A stretch of 63,628 nucleotides of DNA, filler included. It is 4 parts of 4 records of this genome, joined end to end, with 100 filler letters (N's around TTAATTAATTAA, not from the genome) between each part and the next. Parts side by side here need not be neighbours in the genome. Positions count along the whole stretch, not along the records: positions 1 to 18,395 come from DRR723986_5470; positions 18,496 to 39,095 come from DRR723986_5489; 2 more parts are not named here. The stretch is one strand, 5' to 3'. The notes beneath the pieces are model-generated. The model ran no database searches and had not been told where the DNA came from. It saw nothing but the letters and a program-made list of their open reading frames with translations. The position numbers and the translations under genes are program-made. Numbering within the stretch: position 1 is the stretch's first letter; the number at the start of each line of letters is the position of its first letter. Shown here one piece after another: positions 10,005 to 20,899 of this stretch.

Positions 10005-11278
10005 ACCGCTTGGGCGGCGCGCGCCTGCAGCCGCGCCGCAGCCCCCCAGCTGGCCAGCAAAAACAGCGCCGCCATTCCAAGGCAGGCCGCCACCCCGCCC
10101 AGCTGATAGCACAGGCCCGACATCAACGTGCCCAAAAGCCGCCCCGCCGCATTGGCCATATAGTAAAACCCCACATCCATGCTGACGCGCTCGGCCTGGG
10201 CAAAGGCCAGCACCAGATAAGAATGCAGCGCCGAATTCAGCGCGAAAATGGCGCCAAAGGCCAACAGCCCCACCACCAAAACCACCGTCAGCCAGGGGGT
10301 GGGCGCACCGGCCCACCAAACCGCCACACAGAGCAGCGCGGGCACAGCCACCAGCGCGCCCACCAAGCTGCGCGCGCGCGCCACCAGCGTGGCACTGGGC
10401 GCCTTTGCCGCCCCTAGCAGCCGCGGCGCCGCCGCCTGCACCACGCCGTAAAGGATGGTCCAGGCCGCCATGAACCCGCCGATCACGAAAAACGCGCGCG
10501 CATTGCCTTGCTGCGTGCCATCGGACAAGACCGCGTAGAAATAGACCGGAATGCCCACCACAAACCACACATCGCGCGCCCCAAACAAAAACAGCCGCGC
10601 CACAGCCAGCCAGTTTAAATTGGGCTCGCGCGAGAATACCTCGCGGAATTTGGCGCTGGATTTGCCCTGCGGCAGGCCCGATGGCATGAAAAGGGCAATC
10701 GCCAGCAAAATCACCGCCAAGACCGCCGCAATGCCCAGCACCGCCGGGCGAAACCCGACCCCCGCCAATAGGGCCGCGCCCAGGAAAAAGCCCAAACCCT
10801 TGACCGCGTTTTTCGATCCTGTCAGCACCGCAACCCAGCGAAACAGCCCCCCTTGGGCCGTGGGGGCCAGGGCTTTCACCGCAGATTTGGCGCTGGTCTT
10901 TGCCAGATCCTTGGCCACGCCCGCCGCCCCCTGCACCGCCATCACATAGCCAACCGAGGCCCAAAGCCCCCAGTCCGGGCTAAGCTGCGCCAGCGCCAGC
11001 AGGGCCAATACCTGCAGCCCCAGCCCGGCATAAAGCGTAAAGGCCAACCCCAGCCGCGCCGCCAGCCAGCCAGCAGTAAGGTTGGTTATAATGCCCGCCA
11101 GCTCGTAGAGCAGGAACAGATAGGCCAGCTGCACGGGCGAAAACCCCTGCCCATGAAAATGCAGCAGCACCAGCATGCGCAGCGCCCCATCGCTGAGCAT
11201 AAACGCCCAATAGGCCGCCGTAACGGCGATATAGGCGGCCAGCCCTTCGGGGCGTTTGGGGGGCTGCGTGTGGCTCAT
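10001..11278 (-). CDS. arsJ: Organoarsenical efflux MFS transporter ArsJ
   Basis: [61 protein letters not shown]; directly downstream of a GAPDH. Confidence 0.92.
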   Translation of the reverse strand: MSHTQPPKRPEGLAAYIAVTAAYWAFMLSDGALRMLVLLHFHGQGFSPVQLAYLFLLYELAGIITNLTAGWLAARLGLAFTLYAGLGLQVLALLALAQLSPDWGLWASVGYVMAVQGAAGVAKDLAKTSAKSAVKALAPTAQGGLFRWVAVLTGSKNAVKGLGFFLGAALLAGVGFRPAVLGIAAVLAVILLAIALFMPSGLPQGKSSAKFREVFSREPNLNWLAVARLFLFGARDVWFVVGIPVYFYAVLSDGTQQGNARAFFVIGGFMAAWTILYGVVQAAAPRLLGAAKAPSATLVARARSLVGALVAVPALLCVAVWWAGAPTPWLTVVLVVGLLAFGAIFALNSALHSYLVLAFAQAERVSMDVGFYYMANAAGRLLGTLMSGLCYQLGGVAACLGMAALFLLASWGAAARLQARAAQAV

Positions 11279-12273
11279 AGGCGATCGCCAACCATGCGCG
11301 CCACATCGATCAAACGGTGGGCATAGCCCATCTCGTTGTCATACCATGCGTAAACTTTCAGCTGGGTGCCGTTGATCACCATGGTCGAGGGCCCATCGAT
11401 GATGCTAGAGCGGGTATCATTCACGTAATCAGCTGAAACAAGCGGGCGCGCCTCGAAGCCCAGGATGCCTTTCAAAGCGCCTGCGGCTGCGGCTTGGAAC
11501 AGGGCGTTCACCTCGTCTGCAGTGGTTTCGCGCGCCAGTTCAAACACGCAATCCGTCAGTGAGGCATTCAGCAAGGGCACGCGCACCGCATGGCCGTTTA
11601 GCCGCCCCTTCAATTCCGGGTAAATCAGCGTGATCGCCGTAGCAGAACCAGTAGTGGTGGGGATCAGCGAATTCAGCGCCGAACGCGCGCGGCGCAAATC
11701 CTTGGCGGGGCGATCAACGATGGTTTGGGTGTTGGTCACATCATGGATGGTGGTGATGCTGCCGTGGCGAATGCCGATGGCCTCATGCACCACTTTCACC
11801 ACCGGGGCCAGGCAATTGGTGGTGCAGCTGGCCGCGGTGACAATCTGGTGTTGGGTGGGGTCGTAGACATGGGTGTTCACACCATAGACAATATTGGTCG
11901 TGGGCCCGTCTTTCACCGGTGCGCTGACCACCACCTTTTTCACCCCGGCATCGAAATAGGGCTGCAGCGCCGCCTGGGTTTTGAAAACGCCCGTGCAGTC
12001 GATCACCACATCCACCCCCTGCAGCGGCAAATCGGCCAGATGGCGCGTGCCGATAAAGGGAATACGCGTGCCATTGATGCACAGGCCGCTGGCATCGGCT
12101 GAAAATTCTGCCGGCCAGCGCCCATGCACGCTGTCAAATTCCAGCAAATGCGCCTGCATGGCGGCATCGCCCACCGCATCGTTCACCCAGGCGATCTGTG
12201 CGCCGCTTTCCAAAAGCGGGCGCAGCGCCAGTTTGCCCACACGGCCCAAACCGTTGATTGCATAGGTTGTCAT
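11275..12273 (-). CDS. ArsJ-associated glyceraldehyde-3-phosphate dehydrogenase
   Basis: [24 protein letters not shown] motifs; sits between arsR-arsC and arsJ. Confidence 0.93.
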   Translation of the reverse strand: MTTYAINGLGRVGKLALRPLLESGAQIAWVNDAVGDAAMQAHLLEFDSVHGRWPAEFSADASGLCINGTRIPFIGTRHLADLPLQGVDVVIDCTGVFKTQAALQPYFDAGVKKVVVSAPVKDGPTTNIVYGVNTHVYDPTQHQIVTAASCTTNCLAPVVKVVHEAIGIRHGSITTIHDVTNTQTIVDRPAKDLRRARSALNSLIPTTTGSATAITLIYPELKGRLNGHAVRVPLLNASLTDCVFELARETTADEVNALFQAAAAGALKGILGFEARPLVSADYVNDTRSSIIDGPSTMVINGTQLKVYAWYDNEMGYAHRLIDVARMVGDRL

Positions 12274-13106
12274 TGTGCCGGGTGCTCCTTTGCGATGGCG
12301 TCAAGATGGGCCTGCAGCGAGGCGCGGCCCAGCGTTTCAATGGGCAGGGCCACAAAGGCCGCAATGCGATTGTAAAGCGCGCCGTAAGCGGCCTGAAATT
12401 CCAGCATGCGTTGGGCCTGGGTGCCGGTGGCTTTGACCGGGTCGGGCACCCCCCAATGGGCGGTGATGGGCTGGCCGGGCCAGGCCGGGCAATCCTCGTT
12501 TGCGGCCAGATCGCACACGGTAAACACAAAATCCATTTTCGGCGCGTCACTGGTTTGAAAATGGCTGATATTCTTGGCGAAAAGCGGCGCGATATCGTGG
12601 CCTTTGTCTTGCAGCATTTGCACCGCCAGCGGGTTGAGCTGGCTATAGGGCGCGGTGCCTGCCGAATGGGCCACAAACCGCCCCTGCCCCAGCTTGTTTA
12701 ATATCGCCTCGGCAAAGATCGAGCGCGCGGAATTGCCGGTGCAAATAAACAAAATATGAAAGGGTGTGTCGCCCATGCGGTGCTCCTGTGCTGGCATGTC
12801 AGATTGGGGCTGCGCGCACACAGCCACGCGCCCGCGGCAGCAATCATCGAAAAGATAGGCCAGCAGCGCCTCGGCCTGTGCCATCTCGATGCGATAAAGC
12901 AGCGAGCGGCCCGCGCGGCTTTGGGCAATCAGCCCCGCCTGGCGCAGGCAGGCCAGATAGGCCGACAAGGTATTTTGGCGCGCATCCAACGCCTGCGCCA
13001 ATTCACCCGCCGCCACCGCCTGCGGGTAGCGCCGCATGAGCAGGCGAAACAGCGCCAAGCGCTGCGGATGGGCCAGGGCGGCCAGCTGATCAACATATAT
13101 ATCCAT
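12270..13106 (-). CDS. ArsR repressor fused to LMW-PTP-type arsenate reductase (ArsR-ArsC)
   Basis: N-terminal ALAHPQRL wHTH ending in CCRG; C-terminal [17 protein letters not shown]...EDCP, HWGVPDP. Confidence 0.9.
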   Translation of the reverse strand: MDIYVDQLAALAHPQRLALFRLLMRRYPQAVAAGELAQALDARQNTLSAYLACLRQAGLIAQSRAGRSLLYRIEMAQAEALLAYLFDDCCRGRVAVCAQPQSDMPAQEHRMGDTPFHILFICTGNSARSIFAEAILNKLGQGRFVAHSAGTAPYSQLNPLAVQMLQDKGHDIAPLFAKNISHFQTSDAPKMDFVFTVCDLAANEDCPAWPGQPITAHWGVPDPVKATGTQAQRMLEFQAAYGALYNRIAAFVALPIETLGRASLQAHLDAIAKEHPAQ

Positions 13107-13128
13107 ATTTCGCGAATATTGGATATAT
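13097..13128. promoter_or_regulatory. Putative ArsR operator (imperfect palindrome over the arsR start codon)
   Basis: ATATATCCA-TATTTCGCGAATAT-TGGATATAT; 9-bp outer arms plus a TTCGCGAA core. Confidence 0.6.
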
Positions 13129-13169
13129 GTAACAGCTACAAGACAAAGCTGTGAAGTTTTTGTGGGGCC

Positions 13170-14060
13170 TTAGCGCATAGCCCCGCCCATAGCACCCACG
13201 CGGCGGCAGTAAAACTCGTGCATCAAGCCCACCAAGACCGGCACCACCAGCGGCGTGATCGTATGGCCCATACCGGCGATCACATGGCATTCGGCATCGG
13301 GGATCAGGGCCGCGATCTGGCGGCCAAATTCGGGCGGTATCAAACTGTCTTCGGCGCCATGCAACACCAGGCAGGGCAGCACAACATCGGGCAGATGCGC
13401 GCGCAAATCGCCGGCGTTGATCGTGGCCAGCAGCTGCCTGTTCACGCCATCGGCCTCGACCCCACGGGCATAGGCGGCGCGGGCCATATCAACCACATAG
13501 TCTTGCGTCACCGGAAAGCCCGGGTTGCCCCAGATCTGATCCCAGTAAAGCGAGGTTTTTACATACTCATCCTCGGTGCCGGGATAAGACAGCAGATCAT
13601 CCAGCTTGCCCTGCCCCGCAAAGCCCGGGCGCGTCATCACCAGCGTGGCGCTCAGCAGCCGGTGGGCGTGGTGGATGGCCAGCAATTGCGCAATGCCGCC
13701 GCCCATCGACATGCCGAAAACATGCGCCTTTTCCAGCCCCAGCGCATCCATCAGCCCCACCACATCTGCGGCCATATCCTGCAACAGGTAGGCAGGCGTG
13801 GGCGCTTGGCCTGCGGCGATCTGGGCCAAAATGGTTTCGGCCTTGCCATCGACCCCGGGCGCCGGGCAGCGCTGCGAGCGCCCGATATCGCGGTTATCAA
13901 ACATCACCACCCGATACCCCAGCGCCGCAAATGCGCCCGCAAACCCCGGCGGCCAATGCGCCATGGTGCTGCCCAGACCGCGCACCAAGATCAGCGGCAC
14001 ACCGCCCTTTGGGCCCAGCTCTTGGTAGTCTAAGAAAATTCCATTGGCTTTGATCTGCAT
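13170..14060 (-). CDS. Alpha/beta fold hydrolase
   Basis: FDNRDIG, GMSMGG nucleophile elbow, [13 protein letters not shown]. Start trimmed to ATG 14060. Confidence 0.9.
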   Translation of the reverse strand: MQIKANGIFLDYQELGPKGGVPLILVRGLGSTMAHWPPGFAGAFAALGYRVVMFDNRDIGRSQRCPAPGVDGKAETILAQIAAGQAPTPAYLLQDMAADVVGLMDALGLEKAHVFGMSMGGGIAQLLAIHHAHRLLSATLVMTRPGFAGQGKLDDLLSYPGTEDEYVKTSLYWDQIWGNPGFPVTQDYVVDMARAAYARGVEADGVNRQLLATINAGDLRAHLPDVVLPCLVLHGAEDSLIPPEFGRQIAALIPDAECHVIAGMGHTITPLVVPVLVGLMHEFYCRRVGAMGGAMR

Positions 14061-14232
14061 CTTTGCCCCCCTTGGCCGCGGCCCCCACCCTGCACCGCCA
14101 GCCCAGCCTTGGGCAAGCCCGCGCCGCCCGCGTGACGTTGGGGCACAAGCCCACCGCCGCGTTGGCAAACCAGCCCTGCCGCCCCTAACCTGTGGGCAAT
14201 GCCTGCGCCACTTTACGAAAGGAAATGCTGCC

Positions 14233-15438
14233 ATGACAGATGCCTTTATCTACGACGCCCTGCGCACCCCCCGTTCCAAGGGCAAGCCGGGCGGCACGCT
14301 GAACGAGGTCAAGCCCATTCGCCTGCTGGCGGGCCTGCTCGAGGCGCTGCAAGAGCGCCACAGCTTAGATACCGCGCTGGTGGATGATGTGATCATGGGC
14401 TGCGTAGCGCCGGTGCTGGAACAGGGCAGCTGCATCGCCAAGGCGGCGGTGCAGTCGGCGCGCTGGGATGAAAGCGTGCCGGGGGTGCAGCTGGATCGGT
14501 TTTGTGCCTCTGGCCTGGAGGCGGTGAACATGGCCGCGGCCAAGGTGGGCTCGGGGCACGAGGATCTGGTGGTTGCGGGCGGCCTGGAATCGATGAGCCG
14601 GGTGCCGCTGGGCGCCTCGGGCGGGCCGATGTTTGCCGACCCGGAATTTGTGTTGGGCCATCATTCGGTGCCCCAAGGTATCGGCGCAGATCTGATTGCC
14701 ACGCTCGATGGCTACAGCCGCGAAGATGTGGATGCCTTTGCCATGGAAAGCCAGCGGCGCGCGGCCCATGCCCGCGACAACGGCTGGTTTGATCGCTCGG
14801 TCGTGCCGGTGCGCGATATGAACGGCCGCATCATTCTAGAACGCGACGATTTCATAAAACCCGGCACCGATATGCAGGCGCTGGGGGGGCTGAAACCCTC
14901 GTTTGCGCAGATGGGCGCCTTGGGCATGGATGATATGGCGCTGGCGCGTTATCCGCAGGTGGCCCGCATCAACCATGTGCACACGCCGGGCAATTCCTCA
15001 GGTATTGTCGATGGGGCGGCGGCGGTTTTGATCGGGTCAGAAAAGGCCGGCCGCGCGCTGGGGCTGGCGCCGCGGGGGCGCATTTTGGCAACGGCTGTTT
15101 TGGCCACTGATCCGGTGATCATGCTAACCGGCCCCGGGCCTGCCGCCAAGAAATGCCTGGCCAAGGCGGGTTTGGGCGTGGATGACGTGGATATCTGGGA
15201 AATTAACGAGGCTTTTGCCTCGGTCGCGCTGCGGTATATGCGCGATTTGGGCATCTCGCACGAGATCACCAACGTATGTGGCGGCGCCATTGCCATGGGC
15301 CACCCGCTGGGCGCCACGGGGGCGGCGCTGGTCTCGATCGTGCTGGACGAGCTGGAACGCAGGCAAGCAAAACGCGCCATGATCAGCCTGTGCGTGGGCG
15401 GCGGCATGGGAATTTCAACTTTGATCGAACGGGTGTAA
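14233..15438 (+). CDS. Acetyl-CoA C-acyltransferase (thiolase)
   Basis: [32 protein letters not shown]. Confidence 0.93.
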   Translation: MTDAFIYDALRTPRSKGKPGGTLNEVKPIRLLAGLLEALQERHSLDTALVDDVIMGCVAPVLEQGSCIAKAAVQSARWDESVPGVQLDRFCASGLEAVNMAAAKVGSGHEDLVVAGGLESMSRVPLGASGGPMFADPEFVLGHHSVPQGIGADLIATLDGYSREDVDAFAMESQRRAAHARDNGWFDRSVVPVRDMNGRIILERDDFIKPGTDMQALGGLKPSFAQMGALGMDDMALARYPQVARINHVHTPGNSSGIVDGAAAVLIGSEKAGRALGLAPRGRILATAVLATDPVIMLTGPGPAAKKCLAKAGLGVDDVDIWEINEAFASVALRYMRDLGISHEITNVCGGAIAMGHPLGATGAALVSIVLDELERRQAKRAMISLCVGGGMGISTLIERV

Positions 15439-15440
15439 GA

Positions 15441-17567
15441 ATGGGCCAGTTTCACTACGAAAAAGACGCCGCTGGCATTGTAACCGTAACCATGGATATG
15501 GACGGCCCGGTTAATGCGATGAACGCGCAATTTGACCTGCTTTACCAAGAAATGACGGATAAGCTATGCGCCGAGCCTGGGCTGAAGGGGGTTATTTTAA
15601 CCTCGGCCAAAGACACGTTTTTCGCGGGCGGCGATTTGAAATGGCTGATCAGCGTAAAACCCGGCCAGGAAGACGAGATCTTTGAAAGCGTCTCGCGCAC
15701 CAAGGCCAATATGCGCCGCCTGGAACAGCTGGGCGTGCCGGTGGTGGCCGCCATCAATGGTGCAGCCGCAGGTGGCGGCTTTGAAATCTGTCTGGCCAGC
15801 CATTACCGCATTGCCGTTGATGCCCCAAAGGTGAAAATTGGCCTGCCCGAGGTGACGCTGGGCCTGCTGCCGGGGGGCGGCGGTGTTGTGCGCATGACCT
15901 ATTTGTTGGGCATCGAAGGCGCTATGCCTTTCGTGCTGGAAGGGCGCATGCTGGGCGCGCAAGCCGCCTTGAAAGCCGGGCTGGTGCACGAGGTTGTGCC
16001 AGATCAAACGGCGCTTTTGGCCCGTGCCCATGCCTGGCTGCTGTCAGAGGCGGGCCAGGCGCCAGAGGCCTGCGTGCAACCCTGGGACAGGCGCGGCTAT
16101 AAGATACCGGGGGGGGCATCGAACACCGCCGCCGCGGCGCCAAAACTGGCCGCGGCATCGGCGATGTTGTGGAAAAAAACCCGCGGCCTGCTGCCCGCCC
16201 CTGCGCGCATTCTGGATGTCATGGCCAACACCTGCGCGCCGGTCGATTTTGAAAGCGCGCAGCGCTATGAAACCCGCGCCTTTGCCTCGCTCGTGCCGCT
16301 GGCGGTGACGAAAAATATGATACAGGCGTTTTTCTTTGACCTGAACAAAGTGCAAGGCGGCGCCGCACGGCCCAAAGACCACCCCAAAACCAAAGTCCAG
16401 AAATTGGGCATTTTAGGCGCTGGCATGATGGGCCAGGGTATTGCCTATAGCGCGGCCATGGCGGGGATAGAGGTGGTATTGAAAGACACCACACCCGCTG
16501 CCGCCGAAAAGGGGCGCGCCTATAGCGCGGGCCTGCTGCAGGCGCGGGTAGATAAGGGGCGTATGGACGCGCAAGCCGCCCAAGCCGTTTTGGCGCGCAT
16601 CACCGCCACCACCGACAGCGGCGCGCTGGCCGGCTGTGACCTGATCATCGAGGCGGTGTTTGAACGCGAAGACGTAAAATCGGCTGTTTTAGCCGAGCAT
16701 CAGGCGCTATTGGCCGAAGGCGGCATCTGGGGCACCAACACCTCGACATTGCCGGTCACGCGGCTGGGCCAGGGGGCGGCAAAGCCCGAAAACTTTATCG
16801 GGCTGCATTTCTTCTCGCCGGTGGATAAAATGCCGCTGCTGGAAATCGTCATGGGCGAGAAAACCAGCCAAGCCAGCCTGGCACGCGCCTTTGATTTTGC
16901 CCGCCAGATCGGCAAAACCCCCATTGTGGTGAATGACAGCACGGGCTTTTACACCTCGCGCACCATTGGCACCAAAATGGATGAGGCGGTGCAAATGCTG
17001 GCCGAAGGGCTAGACCCGGTGGTGATTGAAAACATGGCCCGCGCGGTGGGCTTTCCCACTGGTATGCTGGCGCTATACGACGAGGTGAAACTGTCGCTGG
17101 CCTTGGATATTTTTGACACCCAGGTTGGCATGGGCCTGCGCGACCCCGCCCAAGACCCAACACCGCAGGCGCGCGCCGTGCTGCGCGATATGGTGCACAC
17201 CCATGGCCGCAAGGGCCGCGCCCAGGGCGGTGGGTTTTACAGCTACGAGGGCGGCACAAAGGCGCTGTGGCCCGGGCTGCAGGCCTGGCGCAAAGAGGGC
17301 GCCGACATTGCGCTGCAAGATATCAAGGATCGCTTACTGTTTCGGGCCGTTCTGGAAACGCTGCGCTGCCTGGACGAGGGCGTTTTGCGCAGTAGCCAAG
17401 ACGCCAATATCGGATCGATCATGGGCATTGGCGCCCCGGCCTGGACAGGGGGCTATGCGCAATTTGTGCAAACATACGGCCATGATGCCTTTTATCAGCG
17501 CTGTCACGAGCTGGCCGAAAAATACGGGCCACGCTTTTTGCCCCCTGCCCACCTGGCCGAAACCTAG
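15441..17567 (+). CDS. Fatty-acid oxidation complex alpha subunit (enoyl-CoA hydratase/3-hydroxyacyl-CoA dehydrogenase, FadB/FadJ-like)
   Basis: FFAGGDL, GGGFEI, GLPEVTLG; LGAGMMGQG, TNTSTLP, GLHFFSP. Confidence 0.93.
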   Translation: MGQFHYEKDAAGIVTVTMDMDGPVNAMNAQFDLLYQEMTDKLCAEPGLKGVILTSAKDTFFAGGDLKWLISVKPGQEDEIFESVSRTKANMRRLEQLGVPVVAAINGAAAGGGFEICLASHYRIAVDAPKVKIGLPEVTLGLLPGGGGVVRMTYLLGIEGAMPFVLEGRMLGAQAALKAGLVHEVVPDQTALLARAHAWLLSEAGQAPEACVQPWDRRGYKIPGGASNTAAAAPKLAAASAMLWKKTRGLLPAPARILDVMANTCAPVDFESAQRYETRAFASLVPLAVTKNMIQAFFFDLNKVQGGAARPKDHPKTKVQKLGILGAGMMGQGIAYSAAMAGIEVVLKDTTPAAAEKGRAYSAGLLQARVDKGRMDAQAAQAVLARITATTDSGALAGCDLIIEAVFEREDVKSAVLAEHQALLAEGGIWGTNTSTLPVTRLGQGAAKPENFIGLHFFSPVDKMPLLEIVMGEKTSQASLARAFDFARQIGKTPIVVNDSTGFYTSRTIGTKMDEAVQMLAEGLDPVVIENMARAVGFPTGMLALYDEVKLSLALDIFDTQVGMGLRDPAQDPTPQARAVLRDMVHTHGRKGRAQGGGFYSYEGGTKALWPGLQAWRKEGADIALQDIKDRLLFRAVLETLRCLDEGVLRSSQDANIGSIMGIGAPAWTGGYAQFVQTYGHDAFYQRCHELAEKYGPRFLPPAHLAET

Positions 17568-17703
17568 GGGCGCAGCATTGCGCCCCTATACCCAAAAAAC
17601 CCAATAATTTCGTCCAAATAGGGGATTCACAGCGCGAATCACTTGTGCCATACTTGTGGCAGTTCCCGGCAGAGGAACACCACAGAGGCAGAGTATTCAC
17701 AGC

Positions 17704-18000
17704 ATGCGGCGCACATCCCCCGCCCTTGGCATTTTGGCGTTTTTCGCTGTCGCGTTCACATTGGGCGCGTATTTCACCTTTGCCGCTGTGCAAGGCGATT
17801 ACGGGCTGTTCCGCCGTGCCGAAATTCAGGCGGATGCGCGGCTTTTGCAAGATCAGCTTGATGCGCTCAACGCCGAGGTGGCCGCCATGGAAAACCTAAC
17901 CACGCGGCTGTCGGATGCCTATCTTGATTTGCAGCTGCTCGATGAACAGGCCCGCGATGTGCTGGGGCTGCTGCGCGCAGACGAAATCGTTATTCGCTAG
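17704..18000 (+). CDS. ftsB: Septum formation initiator (FtsB/DivIC family)
   Basis: Single TM helix, GDYGL, coiled coil, LLDEQARDVLG...DE; lies upstream of pdhA. Confidence 0.8.
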   Translation: MRRTSPALGILAFFAVAFTLGAYFTFAAVQGDYGLFRRAEIQADARLLQDQLDALNAEVAAMENLTTRLSDAYLDLQLLDEQARDVLGLLRADEIVIR

Positions 18001-18124
18001 GCTTTTTACGCAATCCTTTAGCCCTTTTGGGGCGCCCCAATGCGCAGGCACTGGGCGTGATAGGCATGGGCAAATCGGGCCTGGGCGAATTTTTCTCGCA
18101 TTTTCAGCCGAGCTGCGATATATG

Positions 18125-18144
18125 ATAGTTTAACGCTAAACTAT
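18125..18144. promoter_or_regulatory. Inverted repeat with perfect 8-bp arms upstream of pdhA
   Basis: ATAGTTTA-ACGC-TAAACTAT ends 26 nt before the pdhA ATG. Confidence 0.55.
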
Positions 18145-18170
18145 TTATGCAAACCGCGAGGAGGCGTTGC

Positions 18171-18395
18171 ATGGTTGCCAAGAAAACCCCTGCCAAATCA
18201 AATACATCCGGCGACGAACTGCGCCAGTATTACCGCGATATGCTGCTGATCCGTCGATTCGAGGAAAAGGCGGGCCAGCTTTACGGCATGGGTCTGATTG
18301 GCGGTTTTTGCCACCTCTACATCGGGCAAGAGGCCGTTGTGGTGGGGCTAGAGGCGGCCGCAGAAGAGGGCGACAAGCGCATCACCTCGTATCGC
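18171..18395 (+). CDS. pdhA: Pyruvate dehydrogenase E1 alpha subunit, 5' part (truncated by contig end)
   Basis: MLLIRRFEEKAGQLYGMGLIGGFCHLYIGQEAV. Confidence 0.95.
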
Positions 18396-18495
18396 NNNNN
18401 NNNNNNNNNNNNNNNNNNNNNNNNNNNNNNNNNNNNNNNTTAATTAATTAANNNNNNNNNNNNNNNNNNNNNNNNNNNNNNNNNNNNNNNNNNNN
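18396..18495. other. Artificial contig linker
   Basis: N44-TTAATTAATTAA-N44 (stops in all six frames); composition and apparent taxonomy change across it. Confidence 0.99.
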
Positions 18496-18540
18496 AGCCC
18501 TAAGTGCTGTGAGCCTGAAATCTACGGGGCTTCGAGTCTC

Positions 18541-18631
18541 TGTTTGCTCGAAATCTGACTGCCTGAATTCTGGCTGCCTGAATTCTTGGTGACTGGTTTG
18601 AATTTCTGGCTCAAAGTCGTTCGGCTGAAAT
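18541..18631. repeat. Degenerate 15-bp tandem repeat
   Basis: TGTTTGCTCGAAATC TGACTGCCTGAATTC TGGCTGCCTGAATTC followed by decayed units. Confidence 0.55.
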
Positions 18632-18682
18632 CCCAAAAACTAACAAAAAGAAACAGTAAGCCACGTGAAGCGGGGCGAAGCG
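18632..18682. repeat. Dispersed ~55-nt motif, copy 1
   Basis: CCCAAAAACTAACAAAA...AGTAAGCCAC...GGGGCGAAGCG, also found at 30004-30062. Confidence 0.8.
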
Positions 18683-18803
18683 ATCTTAGAGTGCAGATGA
18701 GGGTGTAAGTGCTTGTAAGTCAATGTCTAAGATTGATGCTCTGAAGCTGAGTGTTAAGCCCGAAATTACGGTATATGCCGACTTGACCGCTAAAAATGGG
18801 TAT

Positions 18804-18838
18804 AAAAAAACGCCGCTCACAGGATCGTGAACGGCGTT
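18804..18838 (-). terminator. Intrinsic terminator of lat
   Basis: AACGCCG-c-TCAC/GTGA-a-CGGCGTT hairpin with an A7 run (U-tract on the minus strand), just past the lat stop. Confidence 0.7.
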
Positions 18839-18863
18839 GAACCAGAAGGTATAACGATTTGGC

Positions 18864-20210
18864 TTAGGACATCGTGTCGAGTACTTTTTGGATGACCTGC
18901 ATGCCTTCGTTGAGTTCGTCCGCACTCAGGTTGAGTGGTGGACGGAAACGCATTGAACGTTCGCCGGAAGAGATCATCAGGAGGCCGTGCTGCATACATG
19001 CGTCCGCGAATGCGCCACGTTTATGTGCGTCCGGCAGATCAAAAGCGCAGAAGAGACCCTGACCACGTGGGTTGGAAATCAGGCTTGGGTACTTTGCCGT
19101 GAGTTCGTCCAATTGACCCTGCAAAGTTTTACCAATCGAGGCAGCGTTGGCTACCAGTTTTTCGTCGTCAATGACTTCCAGGTAGCGCGTGGCACGAACC
19201 ATGTCCGTCAGGCTGCCACCCCAGGTAGAGTTGATGCGGCTGGAAGCGTGGAAGACGTTATTTTCAACTTCGTCAACACGTTCGCCGGCCAGGAGACCAC
19301 AGACCTGCATTTTTTTACCGAAGGACATGAGATCGGGCTCAACACCAAGGCCCTGATGTGCCCACATTGTGCCTGTGATACCAACACCTGTCTGGACTTC
19401 GTCAAAAATCAGCAGAGCGTCATTTTCGACGCAGAGCTGCTTGAGAGCTGCCAGGAATTCGGGACGGAAGTGATTATCGCCACCTTCACCCTGAATGGGC
19501 TCAAGAATGATACAGGAGATGTGGTCCTGATGTTCGTGGAAGGCCATTTTGATCTGGTTGAGCGCCAGAGTTTCTTCTTTGATAACCTGAGCCAGATTGG
19601 CGTCGTTGAGCGGGAAGGTAACGGCCGGGTTGTGAATCCGTGGCCAGTCGGTAAACTGCGGGAAGTATTGTGTTTTGATTGGATCGGTGTTTGTGAGAGA
19701 CATAGTATAGCCGGTGCGTCCGTGGAAAGCCTGACGGAAGTGCATGGCCATGTGTCCGCGCTCGGAGCGATAGCCTTTTTTGAAGTTGTGCTGTACTTTC
19801 CAGTCAAACGCTACTTTGAGAGCGTTTTCGACAGCCATACCGCCACCTTCAATATAGAAGCTGTATTTGAAGTGATCCGGGACGGCCAGTTTGTGGAATG
19901 TTTCCACAAAAATTGCCATTTCCTGGGTATACAGATCCGAATTTGAGGGTTTGTTGAGTGAGGCTTTGCCGAGATACTCAATGAACGCTGGGTCCGAAAG
20001 CGCTGGATGGTTCATGCCGATGGGCATGGACGCGAAACACGTGAAAAAGTCCAGGTAGCGGCGGCCGTTGCGGGCATCCACCATGTAGGAACCCTGACTT
20101 TTGTCCATGTCGAGGACCATCGAAAGTCCGTCGGCAAGGATGTGTTTACCAAGTACGGAATGAACATCGTTTGCGGCTACGGCAAAACGCGGCTTATAAG
20201 CGGAGCTCAT
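18864..20210 (-). CDS. lat: L-lysine 6-transaminase (class III PLP aminotransferase)
   Basis: HILADG, YLDFFTCFASMPIG, NKPSNSD, AFHGRTGYTMSLT, EPIQGEGGD, FDEVQTG, FGKKMQVCG, NSTWGG. Start at ATG 20210. Confidence 0.9.
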   Translation of the reverse strand: MSSAYKPRFAVAANDVHSVLGKHILADGLSMVLDMDKSQGSYMVDARNGRRYLDFFTCFASMPIGMNHPALSDPAFIEYLGKASLNKPSNSDLYTQEMAIFVETFHKLAVPDHFKYSFYIEGGGMAVENALKVAFDWKVQHNFKKGYRSERGHMAMHFRQAFHGRTGYTMSLTNTDPIKTQYFPQFTDWPRIHNPAVTFPLNDANLAQVIKEETLALNQIKMAFHEHQDHISCIILEPIQGEGGDNHFRPEFLAALKQLCVENDALLIFDEVQTGVGITGTMWAHQGLGVEPDLMSFGKKMQVCGLLAGERVDEVENNVFHASSRINSTWGGSLTDMVRATRYLEVIDDEKLVANAASIGKTLQGQLDELTAKYPSLISNPRGQGLFCAFDLPDAHKRGAFADACMQHGLLMISSGERSMRFRPPLNLSADELNEGMQVIQKVLDTMS

Positions 20211-20899
20211 AGGAAATCCTTTGATTGGAATGTATGGAATCGAATAATTTGCTGAGTTGTTATTGATTTGGCAGCTGCCGAACCAGGAAGTCGAGCAGAT
20301 AAATGCGTTGGTGCCCACAGAAAAAATGTGGGGAAGTGGCGTCAGGCGCGGTCGGTACGCGCGCGCATAGACATATACCCGGTGGGCGTCTGAATCTGAA
20401 TCAAACTGCGCTGAATGGCCAGCCCGCCTAAGAATGACGAGCCGCGGATGGTTCCACGAACCATTGAAATTGTTGCCTGTAGTGTAAGCATGCGCATCCC
20501 GCAAGATACGGTTTTGTTGGGTAAAATTTCAAATGCTGGCGACATTCAATTTTTTGTGACTAAAAACGCATGGGCGGATTATCCCTTTCAAACACGGTCA
20601 TCCTTGCGCTGACAGGTTCTACATGAGAACGGTTTGATTGTGTTGCAGGTGTAAATCCAGTGTTTCTATAGAGCGGTCGGGTGTCAGAGGGTATTCAAAG
20701 CTTTGTAGCCGAAGGTGCGCCAGATGTCTTTTGCAAAAAAAATGCGTCTGGAATTGCGAAACACGTGAATTTGAATCAATATTTCCATAACTTATCGGTT
20801 TGCTCCGCAGAGCGTTATTGGTATGGACTGCCTGCATAAGTCGCAAACAATTGAGTGTACAATAACATACACGTTCGTTATTCCCGAGGAGTTACCTAG

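Noticed and set aside
18440-18451. TTAATTAATTAA palindrome (also at the other two gaps)
   Set aside because: Synthetic six-frame stop linker inside N padding.
20211-20899. Lysine riboswitch upstream of lat
   Set aside because: No AGAGGxGC-type core or attenuator recognisable on the minus strand.
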